A stretch of 56,766 bases of DNA, the filler included, from Basidioascus undulatus (lineage: Eukaryota): the NCBI GenBank assembly GCA_000826855.1. It is 5 parts of 5 records of this genome, joined end to end, with 100 filler letters (N's around TTAATTAATTAA, not from the genome) between each part and the next. Parts side by side here need not be neighbours in the genome. Positions count along the whole stretch, not along the records: positions 1 to 13,768 come from JTLS01001101.1; 4 more parts are not named here. One strand, written 5' to 3'. The notes beneath the pieces are model-generated. The model did no database searches and had not been told where the DNA came from. It saw only the letters and a program-made list of their open reading frames with translations. Below are positions 1-11,915 of the stretch, in pieces (position 1 is the stretch's first letter; every line of letters begins with the position of its first letter). A program made the position numbers and the translations under genes.

Positions 1-1781
1 CCGGTCATAGATGACCTAGGGGCTATGGAGGCGGGGTACGCCAGAAAGGGTTGAAGTTGCGGTTGACGGGGACGCCGTGCGGACGACCTTGGATGGGCTG
101 ATATATGAAGGTTTTTATCTTACGCGCATTCGCATTTCGCTGGAGCGCGAGAATGCTGATGCACGCGCTGCAGACGCGGGGGACGCGATTGTAGACGGGT
201 GAGAGGGATGGGTACGGACAGAATAGCAGGGCTGTTATCGATGAGGAGGAGGGTCGCGAAGCGGCAGCTGAGGAAGTAGAAGTGGTTGGGCTGTCGCAAA
301 TTTGTGGTAATATGTTAAGACAGCGAGACCAGAACTACAGCCAACCCAACCTCGCCAGGGAGTGCTGTGCGCAAGATTCCAGATGGGCTTGCCCATGTAC
401 CGTAACCAACCACCTTGAGGCCCACTTTGACTTAAGGCCCACTTATAGTAAAAGTTCTTCCACACTGCAGATTTCTTCCCAAATTTCGATACAACTTTGT
501 ATTATAGGCAGCCTCAAATACGTGAGCCGGCCTAGGTGCATGGCTTGCGTACACTTTGAAGGAAAGCGGTTCCAAGTTGAAAAAGTGAAAATGACTGCGA
601 AATGAGATACCACTCTCAAAGATGCCCCAATTTTGACCGCTATCTCGGCCTTTGCAAGCCTATGTCTATATATTGTTGCTCTGTGTTCCCGGTAATTATG
701 GTGCTGCGCGCGAAGAGCAAATGCATTTCGCGCAGAGGAGGTGCAGCCTGCCGTTTCTCCTGCGATTCCCCTGCAAACGTCACGCTTGATGGCTCATTTA
801 CGCGACCGCTGCCCGTCTTTCTTGTGGGAGCGCGGAAACATCAGTGAAATCAGGAGGCGTATTCGTAAGGTTTAGAAACCTTGGAAAACGACGCCCCGGG
901 GGGTTTACGAAAGCTTTCCGATGCTTTCCGCACATGTCCGCCCTTTTTCCGGACTTGATCTGAAGTTTTGCAACTCGGGTAGCAGGTCTCAAACCCTCCG
1001 GGCCAGAGATTGGAAAGTTGGTTGTGGTGGTGTTGAGGATCTATAACGAAGCATGCACATACTTCGGAAGGTTCTCAGATATACGTGGCGAAAATTCCGT
1101 CTGCATACAGCTTGGTCCAGGTGCCCTAGTTCCTGCGTTCACTCCAGCGCACACTTTTCAAAGTCTCTCAAAAACATCATTCATTTTGGTGGAAACTATA
1201 TGGTACATTCAAACCACCGTCCTTCACATCCTCATCGCTCGATGCAGCGGCTGGCGCAGCTGCAGGCAGCGCCATCAGTGCTCACAACGATGGGAGTCCA
1301 CCTCGTCCTTGTCCTCAGCCCTCGGCGCTCTCTCATGCTCATACTCTGAAAAGGGGTTGTAACCTTTGCTAAGCACGAGGGCGGACGGTAACGGAGCTTG
1401 GGAACTGTGAATGCATGGGAAATCTTGCGAAAGATGCTGTAAGTTTCGAAACGCAGGAACGCTTTTTAAACTCCCACCCGAACCCCCTGATGAAGGGCCC
1501 ACCCCTCAAATGATCCCCTCACAGTCGCGTCCCATGAAAGTCCGTCAATAACGCGTTTTTGCATTTTCCCTCCCAGTATGTTAAAGTTCATGTACATATC
1601 TGTGTCGTCAAAGTTACTGGGCTCTAAAGATGCGAATTGAGTGTGCCAGTGCAATTCGATCCAACTTGTGGGCCCTTGCCTGGTTAGATACCATAACTAT
1701 TGGTTACAGGCTCCAACAACAGTCCTGTTTAATCCATGCCAATGCGATCGAAAATAAAAGCGGTCAGCTGTTCGGAGAAGC

Positions 1782-1786
1782 AAAAA
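1782..1786 (-). terminator. Pol III oligo-T terminator of tRNA-Cys
   Basis: TTTTT on the minus strand, 2 nt downstream of the tRNA 3' end. Confidence 0.7.
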
Positions 1787-1788
1787 TG

Positions 1789-1860
1789 AGGAGGAGGCGG
1801 GGTTTGAACCCGCGACTTCAGGATTTGCAATCCTACACTCTACCACTGAGTTACCCCTCC
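1789..1860 (-). tRNA. tRNA-Cys (GCA), intronless, 72 nt
   Basis: Reverse complement folds as a cloverleaf: GGAGGGG/CTCCTCC acceptor stem, ACTC-AGTGGTA-GAGT D arm, TAGGA-TTGCAAA-TCCTG anticodon arm, GCGGG-TTCAAAC-CCCGC T arm. U73 discriminator, the Cys identity element. Confidence 0.95.
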
Positions 1861-2037
1861 TTGCTGTTCCAGGAGCTGTTCTTCCATCAGATTTCGCGTT
1901 CTCGACGAACTGAACCGATCAACACTGTTGCGTCTTCCCACCTGTACTTCTTCCCACCTGTATTTCAAGTGCAACGAACTATCTGAAGCCTTCGGCAGAA
2001 CAGAACCTCAAACTGTGGACCGAGCACGTTCCCATCC

Positions 2038-3221
2038 TCAACGCTTCCCTGTCTTCCGCTCAAGCGCCGCAACTGCGAGAAACCCCTGCGAGTCAGATCC
2101 GAGCCCCAGCCCTATCATGTCATCGACGGACGCACTTCTCCGCTCTAACGCCTCAGCTCGCTTCACTGCGAATTTTTCTGGATGTTGGAAACGCGTGGTA
2201 GCTGTTGCGGAAGGGGAAGATGATGAAGGCGACGAGGCAGCGTGGGTCGCTGCTGCTGCTAGGTAGTACGGATGAGGTGCATCAGTGTAGAGTGGAAGAC
2301 GGAAGTAGAGAGATGTGCGCGTGCACCGGAGGTTGAGGGCAGCGCGATGTCTGTGCGCAAACTGCGAAGGCGTCGGCGGGGTTGGTGGTGGGCCGGGTAG
2401 GGACGTGGTGGATTTGATTGGTGGTTTCCCAGCCAAAATTTGGTTCGTGTCAGTACACAGTGCGTGTATCGTGAAGATAACAGACACAAACGATCTGGAT
2501 GAAGCCGCATTGTCTGGCCGGGCCGGAACAGTCCCATCTCTGCGTTAGCTTTTGTGTCATGCCCAAAGTGGACAATAGGACGCACAAGATCCTTGTATGT
2601 AATACGCTTTGAGGTTCCCGCCGACAACACATTCTGGGTGGTGGAATGGTTTCAGCAGCTGTCGCGGCACAACCCAGCGTTAGACGCACTGTACCGACGC
2701 CCCACTCGAGCCGATCGATTTCTTGCAGCTCTTGATAGTTTAGCTCGACTAGCAAGATTTCGTACTCGTCTGCGGATGCCGGGTGACGGTAGGCTTGGCC
2801 GAGGGCGTCAGTTTGCGGGCGCCCTTCAGGATGAACGAAAGTACTCACAATAACTCGCGGCTCATCCGCAGCAGACTGTTGTCAAAACCGCTGTGGGCCA
2901 GCTCCTACGGTTGTGGAATATGTGGCGTATGAGAGACTAAACATACCTGCGCGGCAACACGATACCGAGGCCGCCTCCACGACACCGGCATCTTCCTGTC
3001 CAGGTAGAGGGGTCCGAATCCTTCCCTCCCTTTCCGTTCAGCTCATTCTTCACCATATTTAGAGGTTTCTCCAAACTAACGGTCTCCGTAGCTCGTAATT
3101 GCCTCCCTCCCCTGCGACAGTGGCGGGTCAAAGACGTACCACGTCGCCTCGCCGGTGAAATCGACCGCTTCGTCAGGGCAGAACGGTAGTAAGTGGCGGG
3201 AGGTAATGGAATGCGGGTCAT
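2038..3221 (-). CDS. Hypothetical multi-exon protein (boundaries uncertain, possibly degraded)
   Basis: ATG at 3221 after a pyrimidine-rich leader, GTACGT/GTATGT/GTGCGT donors, CTGAC/CTAAC..AG acceptors and coding-like blocks such as YRHPASADEYEILLVELNYQELQEIDRLEWG. No recognisable domain. Confidence 0.35.
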
Positions 3222-3399
3222 TTGTGCGGCGGAGAGGGTGGTGGGGTGAGAGGAGAGACACTGGGCCCGGACGTGGAAAAGGAAGGAGATGGAGATGGAT
3301 CGTGTTGCTTGCCGACTGAGGAGCGCGCGACCTCAGCGCGGAAAGCTGATGGAGTACAGGTAAGTTGGTACAGGACGATGAGATTGCGGAATGAGACTA

Positions 3400-4525
3400 C
3401 TTACAGGTCTGAGCACTGGTGCATCTTGCACAGAAGTCCCAGGAGCGGCGGGAAGTGAGCGGAAGCATTACTGAATTTTCGCGACCGTGCCTTTTCCTCA
3501 TCCCGACTGCTATCAGACTCCCTGGAGCTCTCGCCGGTTGAGTCTCCGTCCGTCTCCTCGTGGCTATCCGTGGCCTCGTCCGAGTCTGAGGCCAGGGGGT
3601 GCTCGACAACGTTGTTCTAACCAGGTGCAACCAATATAGAACTTCAGTTGTCTTCTCTGCAGACTAGTGGACAGGATTACTGGCAGGTTGGGGGAACGGG
3701 ACGTGAGCGTAGACTGGCGAGTCGGAGGGGTTTCTGTGTTGCGCAACTCGGTGAGCGACCTTAGTCCGTGTAGAGAGAGAAAGCATCAGTATTGCTAACT
3801 CCGTTTCCCATTAACCTACCACTGTAGCAACGCCGAGTGGTACGCCTTGGCCCAAGGTTGCGACAGCTTCTCGAGCCAGATGCCGCACACTCTCCTCAGT
3901 CTGCCTTTGCGATGCTGTACCGGTACACCGCCCCTGGACTTGCCATCTCGCCTTCAGCTCGTTCTCCTCGAACGCTGCACCGATATACGCCTCAAAGACG
4001 TTGGCTTCGCGCTTGACGTTGAAGCGGTTGTTGAGGTCTCGCGTGGCGCGAAGGCGCGCAGGGAAGCTGTACATCTGCGAGTATCAGATGAAGAGGTCAT
4101 TCAGAGGATCCGTATGGCCTGTAAGTCTGTAGTCAATTAAGTGTGAGATAGGATCTCGAATACAGTTGGGACGTACATCGCACAGCTTTCGCTTCAGATT
4201 GGGATACAACTTGTCCACCAGCGATGTCATGACCGCGTAGACGTGCCCATCACCTGTCCGACTCAGCCACGTCAGAAGCCTCGACACATTTCAGGAGAGT
4301 GTTTAGATTGTATACCCAATGTCTCGTACGCCTTGTTGTCTCTGCCAACCTGGCTCGCGGGCAGCTCAAGCGTGTCCCGGTCATCCCACTTGCCCGCCCT
4401 CTGTCGTTGCCAGTTCGTCCAAGAGGGACTGTTAAAGACGACTATACGCCTCCACTCCGAGAGAGGAGTAACGGTGGTGGATAATTGGATGTTAAGTATG
4501 GAGATTGGACAAGGAAGATGCCCAT
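3400..4525 (-). pseudogene. Ribonuclease III-domain gene, frameshifted (3' end uncertain)
   Basis: Splicing intron 4254-4315 gives DNKAYETLGDGHVYAVMTSLVDKLYPNL (cf. NERLEFLGD...YP). The downstream EANVFEAYIGA matches ADxFEAxIGA. The N-terminal PPPL/PLSEWRRIVVFNSPS and C-terminal WLEKLSQPWAKAY blocks each need a frameshift, and a TGA lies before YSQMYSFP. Confidence 0.7.
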
Positions 4526-5249
4526 CTACGGCAGCCAGCAGCGATGAGCGCGTGAGTGGTCGAAGCTGGAAGGCAAGTTGCGCAAGGGGCGCGCATGTCA
4601 GACGAGATCGACCATCAAACTTCGACAGAACGCATGTTTCATGCACTGCAGACAACACGGAGACTGTGGAAATTTTCAGCTTGCCGATAATGCTGGTGTA
4701 AGCTACCTGCTTCTCTCACTAGGCTACTACAAACTCGGATCGGTATCTGTAAGGGGAGTAGATGGCATCATTGTAGATGAAACAAAACAGCAAGCTTTCG
4801 GAAAATTTTCAGCGCGATTACACACACAGAGTAGCAATCGTTCTCGCACGTTGTGGTCGCACTTCCTTTTAATTCGAAAAAATAACCTGCATTTCGCAGA
4901 AACACTCTGGGACAAGACTTGAGGACGAATCCGTACAACGCTGCGGTGCTGCGCTCGCGCGAGCAGGAACCACTGGAGCTGCATCTGAAGGGTGGTGTGT
5001 AACTGACCATGCGTGTAGAGCAAGGTAGTGCCACTACATATTCCAAGTTTGACTCCAGACAACTTTTGAGGCACAGACTGGACTTGTTGGACGGTCACGG
5101 ACGGTAGCGCCGAACCGTGAAAAAATGCATTCACGTGTATAGATCACGTTGCTCGCCCGCTGTTGAAAAAGCGCACGCAACTTTCTGAACACCAAAAGAG
5201 CAGTTCAATTTCGCCTTGTAATCATCGAAAGAGTCATTGCGCAAGACAG

Positions 5250-6169
5250 CCTAATTCCCATCTGCCCACAAAGATAATGCCTTTTAGCTAGCAGCTCGCA
5301 GCAGCCCTCACTACTCTATTCCTCCATCTCCCAAATAGTTCCGTCGATAGCTTCCAGACCAGGACTGCGACTTTGGAGAGCGCCGGCGGCAGAAGCTCTC
5401 TGACTCTCTTCAAGAAGTTATCTCTGGTAGTCCGCGGATTGGCCACTTGCTTCAGATGTATCCCAAAAATGACCTTCTGCAAGGTAGGCGAAACCCTGAC
5501 GAGCCTTGCCAAATCCTCAATGTCTTCTTCGTGAAACTCAACATCCTCATCGGGGAAAATCCCGAAGGAATACGAAGTACTCATGACAGCGAGATGTATG
5601 AGGCTCGGCATACCCAGGAGTGAATCGACGTTAAGGGGGTGGAAATAAAAGAAGCCAACGGCTAGTCGCTTTAGATTGGTGACAGCGGCGTAGACCTCTG
5701 GAACTTCACACAGGCTCCCCCATGGGTTTGCGTACTGCTCGAGCGCCGGCTGAGCACCCCAGGGCAGCAGCACATTGAGGTCCGAGTAGAGGCGCCGTAG
5801 AGAGGGCATCTAGGGAAGGATCTTTCCGACATCGTGATATTCAGTCTCGGATTCTGAGGTGTGTTGCATGGCTTCAACATTGACATCAAGCTGCAGTGAG
5901 TTGATCGAAATAAGGAGGTCGGGGTGGGCTTCCGTCGTATGAAGGAATTTGGCGGCCTGGCTCAACATAGCGGCGTTGTCCTCCTTTGGAACGGAGACGT
6001 TGTAGGATAGGGTAATCAGTGACTAGAGAAGCGGAGTAGCCAGCGCGTTGAAGGAGCGCGAAACTAAGCAGAGCGAAGCGAGTGTCGCCGAGTCGCGAGC
6101 GTACGCAAGCGGGTGCGATGGCGGGATGATGAGCTTGTGAAGCTCGACGGGCAGCGATGGGTTCGGCAT
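5250..6169 (-). pseudogene. F-box-like protein with premature TAG codons; paralog of 18151-19062
   Basis: From ATG 6169: MPNPSLPVELHKLII..HPLAYARDSATLASLCLVSRSFNALATPLL*SLITLS. In-frame TAGs at 6023-6025 and 5810-5812; the same frame continues to TAG 5288-5290. Confidence 0.75.
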
Positions 6170-7046
6170 GTTAAATACTGGTTATGGTTGTCAAAGGAAG
6201 TGCGGCTTTTAGGGGTGGTGAAGGATGATGACGGTATCTGAGCAGGGTTGAAGGACGGCGGCCAGGCAAGCAGGGATTCCCAGTTCCACGTGCCGCTCGC
6301 TTCGTCAGCCTTTGACATGGCCGATCCTGCTGGTACTTTCTTAAAAGAGTATTCCAGTGTGTTCTATATTGATAAGTCCGGCAAAATCCGCAGAAACGCC
6401 ATGGACCGTCATGTGTTCAACACTGTTCATGCGCTGCAGCGTCCAGCTCCACTTACACTGAGTCGGCGAGGGAGTCCATTTTTCCTTTTGGATATCGACG
6501 TTATAAATTGGTGTTCTGTTCCATTCAACAAACAACAAGCCTTGTGATGATGGAGATGATATCAGGTAAAGGCTCGCGACTCCCCTTACGGACTTTGACG
6601 CGGTCCGTCCATGTTGCGCCTGGTAGTTGCGGCCATGATGAGCAAAGCCCACAATAGCAGCTTTATGTGCTTTGCCCAAGGCATTATTCAATAGAACGTG
6701 AAGGCCTTTCACCATCGTAGGTTCCGTACCGTAAAGCTTTTGGCGGTCGTCGGGATGCTCGGCGGGTAGTACAGTGGTAGTACTGAATTCAAATCCAGCC
6801 GCTTTAAATTGCGAAATGTAGGGAACGATCAAAAGGTAGCTCGTTATCCCGGGCAGTGGTTAGGAACGGTTACAAGCAAATGAGGCAAAGTTGCGCAATG
6901 AACAGATGCTGTGAGCGCAAGGTGTTGCCTGTGCGGGAACTTTGAAGTCATTAAAAAGAGTGTAAAATATTCGATAAAGGCTTTTTGAGAGTAGTCGAAA
7001 ATTCCTACCGAAGTGATGTGAGCAGAGGTAATAGCTGTAATCCAAG

Positions 7047-7116
7047 TATCAAGCTGTCAAGCTGTCAAGAGGACGCCCAAATTTCCCACGGAACTTCACC
7101 TTGAACTTCACCTTGA
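7047..7116 (+). repeat. Short tandem duplications upstream of IPI1 (TCAAGCTG x2.5; GAACTTCACCTT x2)
   Basis: Directly visible; the 12-mer copies are at 7091-7102 and 7103-7114. Confidence 0.8.
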
Positions 7117-7147
7117 CCTCCTACGCTCACCTTCTTTCAGCGCCGCG

Positions 7148-10100
7148 ATGCCGAAATCCAAGAGCGCGCCGGATTTTAGAGTACGCTGCCATGGGTCCTT
7201 TTTCTAGCAGTTGGGCTTAGAGGAGGTTGCCGTCTGGGCGAGCAGAAGCAGAAGACGAAGCTCGGGAAGGGCAAGCAGGTCAAGCAGAATGCGACCGATA
7301 CCTCCTTCAAGTCCCGGTGTGCGTCCAACGAGCTGTGTTTAGGAGCATGGAATTTGTCGATTAAAGTGGCATTTGGCGCTTTCTACAGCCATCGCGCTCC
7401 CCAACCAGTCCATCCTAGACGACAAGGCCGGCGCAGGCCCGACCACCCGCCGGCGCCTTGGGCTCGACGACCTCCTTGTCCAGCTCAAGCATTACTCGTC
7501 CGCAACCAGGAAAGGTGCGTCTTACTCTCTCATGAGCAGGGTAACCAATAGCTCATCGGGTGGGAGCGCACAGATGGTCTTCTCGGACTGCGCGAGCTGC
7601 TTGGCGCCAGTCCAGAGCTGATGCGGCCCAACCTCTCGCCGCTCATCAACGCGCTTGTGCGACTCATCGCAGACGACGTGAGTTGTATAGGCCCTTGTCA
7701 ATGCATGCATTCGTCTCAGCATACTGTTCACCCGCAGGACCCCACCGTCCGCCGCACGCTCCATAGCCTGACATCCTTCCTCCTCCCGCGCCTGCCCGCG
7801 TCCGACCTCCCGCCCTACATCCCCCTCCTCCTCCTTTTCACCGCCTCCGCACTCTCTCACATCTTCCCCGAGATCCGCCTAGACGCAGTGAAGTTCCTCG
7901 ACATCCTCATCGACGTCGTGCCGGACGCTGTGGTCGATGGATGGGCGGGCAGGGGAGCGGGAGGCGGAGGGAAGAGGGTGCTCGAGTGCTATCTGGCGTT
8001 GTTGAATGCCAAGGGGGATGATGAAGGTGCGTTGCATGAGTTGGGGGAACCTGGTGAGGTGCGCGGGTATTGAATTGAGTGAATGCAGGACCTGCCAAGG
8101 GCTCAACGACCACCACGACCGCTTCTGCGATGTTCACGCTCACCCCACCCGTGCGTCCCTCTCCTCTCCACCTGTCTCCCCGCCACTGACTCTTCTGCAT
8201 CATCAGTCCCGCCTCATCGTCCTCTCCTCACTCGCCTCCTTCCTGCGCGCCTCCCTCTTTCCCACCCCCCTCTCATCCTCCGGCACGCCATCCATCCCAA
8301 CCTGGCCGTTCGCCTCTTCTTTCCGAACACCTTCCGCATACAACCTCTTCGCCTCGGCACTCTCCCCCTCCTCGTCCTCGTCAGCCCCCACTGTACGGTG
8401 GTCCGAGCGCCGCGGATTGGGCGCGGACGAGTGGGAGGACTTTATCGGCGCCTTCGACACGCCGGTGGGGCCGGGCACGGCCTGGGGAGTGGCAGAGTTG
8501 GCGAAGATGGGAGACCTGTTGAGGGGTGAGGGGATGGTGACAGGGGCCGAGGGTGGCGCAGCGGACGCGAGGAGAAAGGATGTAGCCGTACGTGGCTTCT
8601 TTGCCTTGGATCGGACAGGACTGACGGAGGGAAGGTCGTTCGTTCGGCAGGCACTCGCGCAATCACTCCACGCGACGCTCGTTTCGACCTTCCTCGACTG
8701 CGCGCCTACCGTGTTCTCTCCCTCTCCGGAGGCCTCGAGCAACACGCACCTCGGCTCCGTCTGCGCGGTCGGCAAGATCGCGCGCGAGCTGTATGGGGCG
8801 TTGCTGCGCGAAGGCGGCACGGACAACGTGAGTTTCTTCCGGTTCCTGCGATTGGCGAGGCAAGGAAGACAGACCGGCTGACTGAGGGAGAGGCACAGTT
8901 CCCCGCTTCCGTCAAGGCTCGTGAGAACCTCGCCATCCTCCTTGGGCACATGGCGCCCTACTTCCCTTTCGGCTCTAACGCTCTGCACCAGCGTGATGCT
9001 CAGGTACAGCTCTCTCACTCTCCACATTCTCTCTCGATCTCGTCTTGCATCAGCCAGCCGAGCTGAATCCTCCGCTGGCGGGTCCTGCAGTCGGAATCCC
9101 AGCTCCAGGAGCTCAACCTCGCGTACTGCGAACTCGTCTCCCTCCTTGTGCTCGCTTCCGACGGCGCGCATGCGAACGCAAAGGGCAAGGGCAAAGCGCG
9201 CTCGCGCGGAGAGAAGGCCCTCGCGGGCCAGGCGGAGCATGTGTGCACGTGGGTTGTCCACGCGTTGCGTGGCGAGGTGCGACACTGCTTCCCTCTCGTA
9301 ATTTCCAGGCCTCTCCCGCTGCTGACGACTTTTTCTACCTTCCCGGCAGTTGACCACCCCCGGTCAGCCCCTCGCGTCCCCCCTGCCACCCAGCGTCTAC
9401 GCAGCGCTCTTCCCCACTTGTTGGTCGCTCCTCAACCTCCCCCCGCCGTCGACCGCCCCCGTGGAGGTGTTCGACGCCCTGCTGGAGCACTGGCGGCAGG
9501 CGAACCTACGTGGGGAGGGGAAGCGGTTGGCCGCTGAGGTTTTCGGAAGGATCTACCTGGTTCGTCCCAGCCTCCTCCCTCTCTATTCCGTGAAGATGTA
9601 GGTTGTCTGACTAGGAGCGCCGGCGATGGATTGGATTTTAGCTCCAGCACGACTCGGCGTATACGGGGAGGTTTGTCGTACGGAATGGGAGCGAGCTCGA
9701 CAAGAAGCTCCGCGAGTGGGCGCTCGGCCTCCCGCGCCTCCTCTGGGAACTCGGCGCCAACGCGCCTCCCACATCCGCCGTTCGTCCTCCTCCTAGGCCA
9801 GACTTCCATCCTCTTTCATACTCATACGCCTCTCCACCCACAGTTGATCTTGATCATCCTCCACTCCCTCGCCCTCCGCCGCGCCCTCCCCTCATCGGAC
9901 GAAACCCTCCCGCGCTCGCTCGCGCCCTTCTTCTTCGTCCGCCACCCCTCGCGCGGGCCGATCCCCGGGCCGTTTGCGAAGCTGCCTGGGGACGTGAGGA
10001 GACGGGCGTTGGAGGTCGGGTGGTATATGTGGGGGACACAGGAGGGCGGAGCAGCAGGGGGCGCCCTGAGGGACGCGGTGCGGGAGGCGCTGAAGGCGGA

Positions 10101-10152
10101 GGGGATGGAGGAGGAGAGGAGGTACTGGGGAGGCTTGGGCGGGGAGTGCTAG
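7148..10152 (+). CDS. IPI1: Pre-rRNA-processing protein Ipi1 (Rix1 complex, TEX10 family), multi-exon
   Basis: Spliced N-terminus MPKSKSAPDFR|KQKTKLGKGK..NATDTSFKSR|SIALPNQSI..LLVQLKHYS, plus the Ipi1_N-type segment SALSHIFPEIRLDAVKFLDILI. Stop TAG at 10150-10152. Confidence 0.88.
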
Positions 10153-10732
10153 AGGTATATGCTGTTATGGACGCGGATCTTTTGAGAGTGGGTTGCGGTT
10201 TGGGTCGCGCCGGGTTCTGCGTCATGGCTGCTTAGGCGGGGCATGAGCAGCACAAATCCCGTCACATGACAGTGAACTTAGAGACATATGTTCGCAGCGA
10301 AGACACACTTACTTATATCTTTGTGGGTGTCCTTGATTGTTCCGTACAGCCTGGCGGGAAGTTGCAGCTCGTGCGTGGCGTGGCATGTCGGGCGACTTGA
10401 ATCGTTACGCACGCGCCCTCAGCCGTTGCTGGCGCTGCCCTCTACGTTTCGCACCCCTTTTCCGTACTCGCTTCGCAAATTTGAGTAAAGGAAGTATGCA
10501 GGCTTTTTTTTCGCATTGCTGGACGCTACGAGACTACCACGTCAAAATCTTCAGGGCCGGCGGCGGCAAGTTGCCGCGCAACCGCGAAGACGGACGCGAC
10601 CGAGTCGCGACGTCAGTCCTCCTTTCCAAACTCCTCATATCATTACAAGCACTTTGTGGGTCGAGAATAACAACCCTCTCTTGACTCCCCGTACCAATCG
10701 ATTATTATCTTCGTTCCTCGTACTCTGACGAG

Positions 10733-11681
10733 ATGGCTCGAGGCTCCGAGCCGCGCAGGAAGATACCCGTTCGCCCGCGTGGCGTTGTCTTCGCGCTCAC
10801 AACTCGAACCTCGTTTCCCGACCTCACTGACACCTACCGCTCCTCTACCTCTGTCGGCAGCCTCTTCTTCCCAAAATGGATGAGCCCCTCGAGAAGGCAT
10901 GGGGTGCGTCATCCCAGTCGTACTTGTCATTGACGGTCCTCGGCGGCTGAAGCGTTGAACCCTCCAATGATCGCCTAGACGGCGGGAAAGCGAATGCCTT
11001 TGCAATCTCCAAAGTCCCCGACGTCTCGTTCATTCTCGACCGCAAAGTGCGGATACTGCTCCCTAAGGCATACGAGTGAGTTCTCCTTTGTCCTGTTCGC
11101 CGTGCTCCTGAACGAAGCTGAAGCGGAAATGCAGTGACCGAACAGTGGACATCCGGACTATCTATGGTGGCCGGAATATCCACAAGGAGGTGTACAAGCG
11201 TATGTCAGCCTGCTATGGTGGCGGAGGCGCGGAAGGGGAAGGGCTGAACCGCGTGCCGGAGAGCAGACTACAAGGAGAAGGTGTCGTGGAATTACGCAAA
11301 GCGGAACTACGTGTCCAACGATGGTGCGTTGTGTTAATAATCACCTAAGGTCTTTGAAACTCATGTCGATCTTCGTAACGTTCAGGCATCGGCCAGCCGG
11401 AGCGCAACCAGTTCCTCGGGTGCGTGGCTCCGGCGCCTCTCTTTCACCTACCGACACGCTGACGGGGAGACACGAGCAGACCAGACGCGTATATAATGGG
11501 TTACGAGCTCGTCAAAAGGGATGTGCTAGGGATCGTCATCTTGGACAAGGCGCTCGGGGAGACTTGGAAGGTAGCTACGACGTTCGACGTGTTTCTCGAC
11601 TCGACCCGACCAGGCTCTGCTGACTTGGCTGGTGCGGGACAGGGTATCGTGCCGAAGGAAATCGTGTTGGGCAGGCAATAG
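10733..11681 (+). CDS. Hypothetical protein, multi-exon
   Basis: Canonical introns join an open frame ..KCGYCSLRHTMDIRTIYGGRNIHKEVYKHYKEKVSWNYAKRNYVSNDGIGQPERNQFLGPDAYIMGYELVKRDVLG.. No domain recognised; start codon ambiguous. Confidence 0.5.
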
Positions 11682-11915
11682 CATTGAGCTTGCCGCATAC
11701 ACTTGAAAATTCGCATGTGGTGGCCCTGCCATTATTTGTCGCTTCCAGGGCATAAGCAGCTCACGTGTCCGTTGCCATGATAGCACGAACTTCGAACATT
11801 GAAATCACAGCTTTCCTCTCCACCACACCATCATTTGGACGCCGTTCACCTATTGCCGCTAGATTGCTCAGTGCACCGCTAGTCCTCATTCTTAATCGTA
11901 TCCCTTACGGCCAGG

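Noticed and set aside
641..660. CTCGGCCTTT resembling the U2 snRNA 5' end
   Set aside because: Lacks the following GCTAAGATCAAGTGTAGTA branch-pairing sequence.
5288..6169. Genome-wide TAG reassignment (alternative genetic code)
   Set aside because: TAG terminates IPI1 and POL2 at the expected positions, and I saw no internal TAG in conserved exons.
6544..6800. Box C/D snoRNA candidates (GTGATGA here and near 27949, 36742 and 53754)
   Set aside because: No properly spaced terminal CTGA box, closing stem or recognisable rRNA guide.
6248..7045. ORFs 6248-6547 (+) and 6341-6832 (-) in lower-GC DNA as a foreign or viral gene
   Set aside because: No motif, no convincing start or splice structure; compatible with intergenic sequence.
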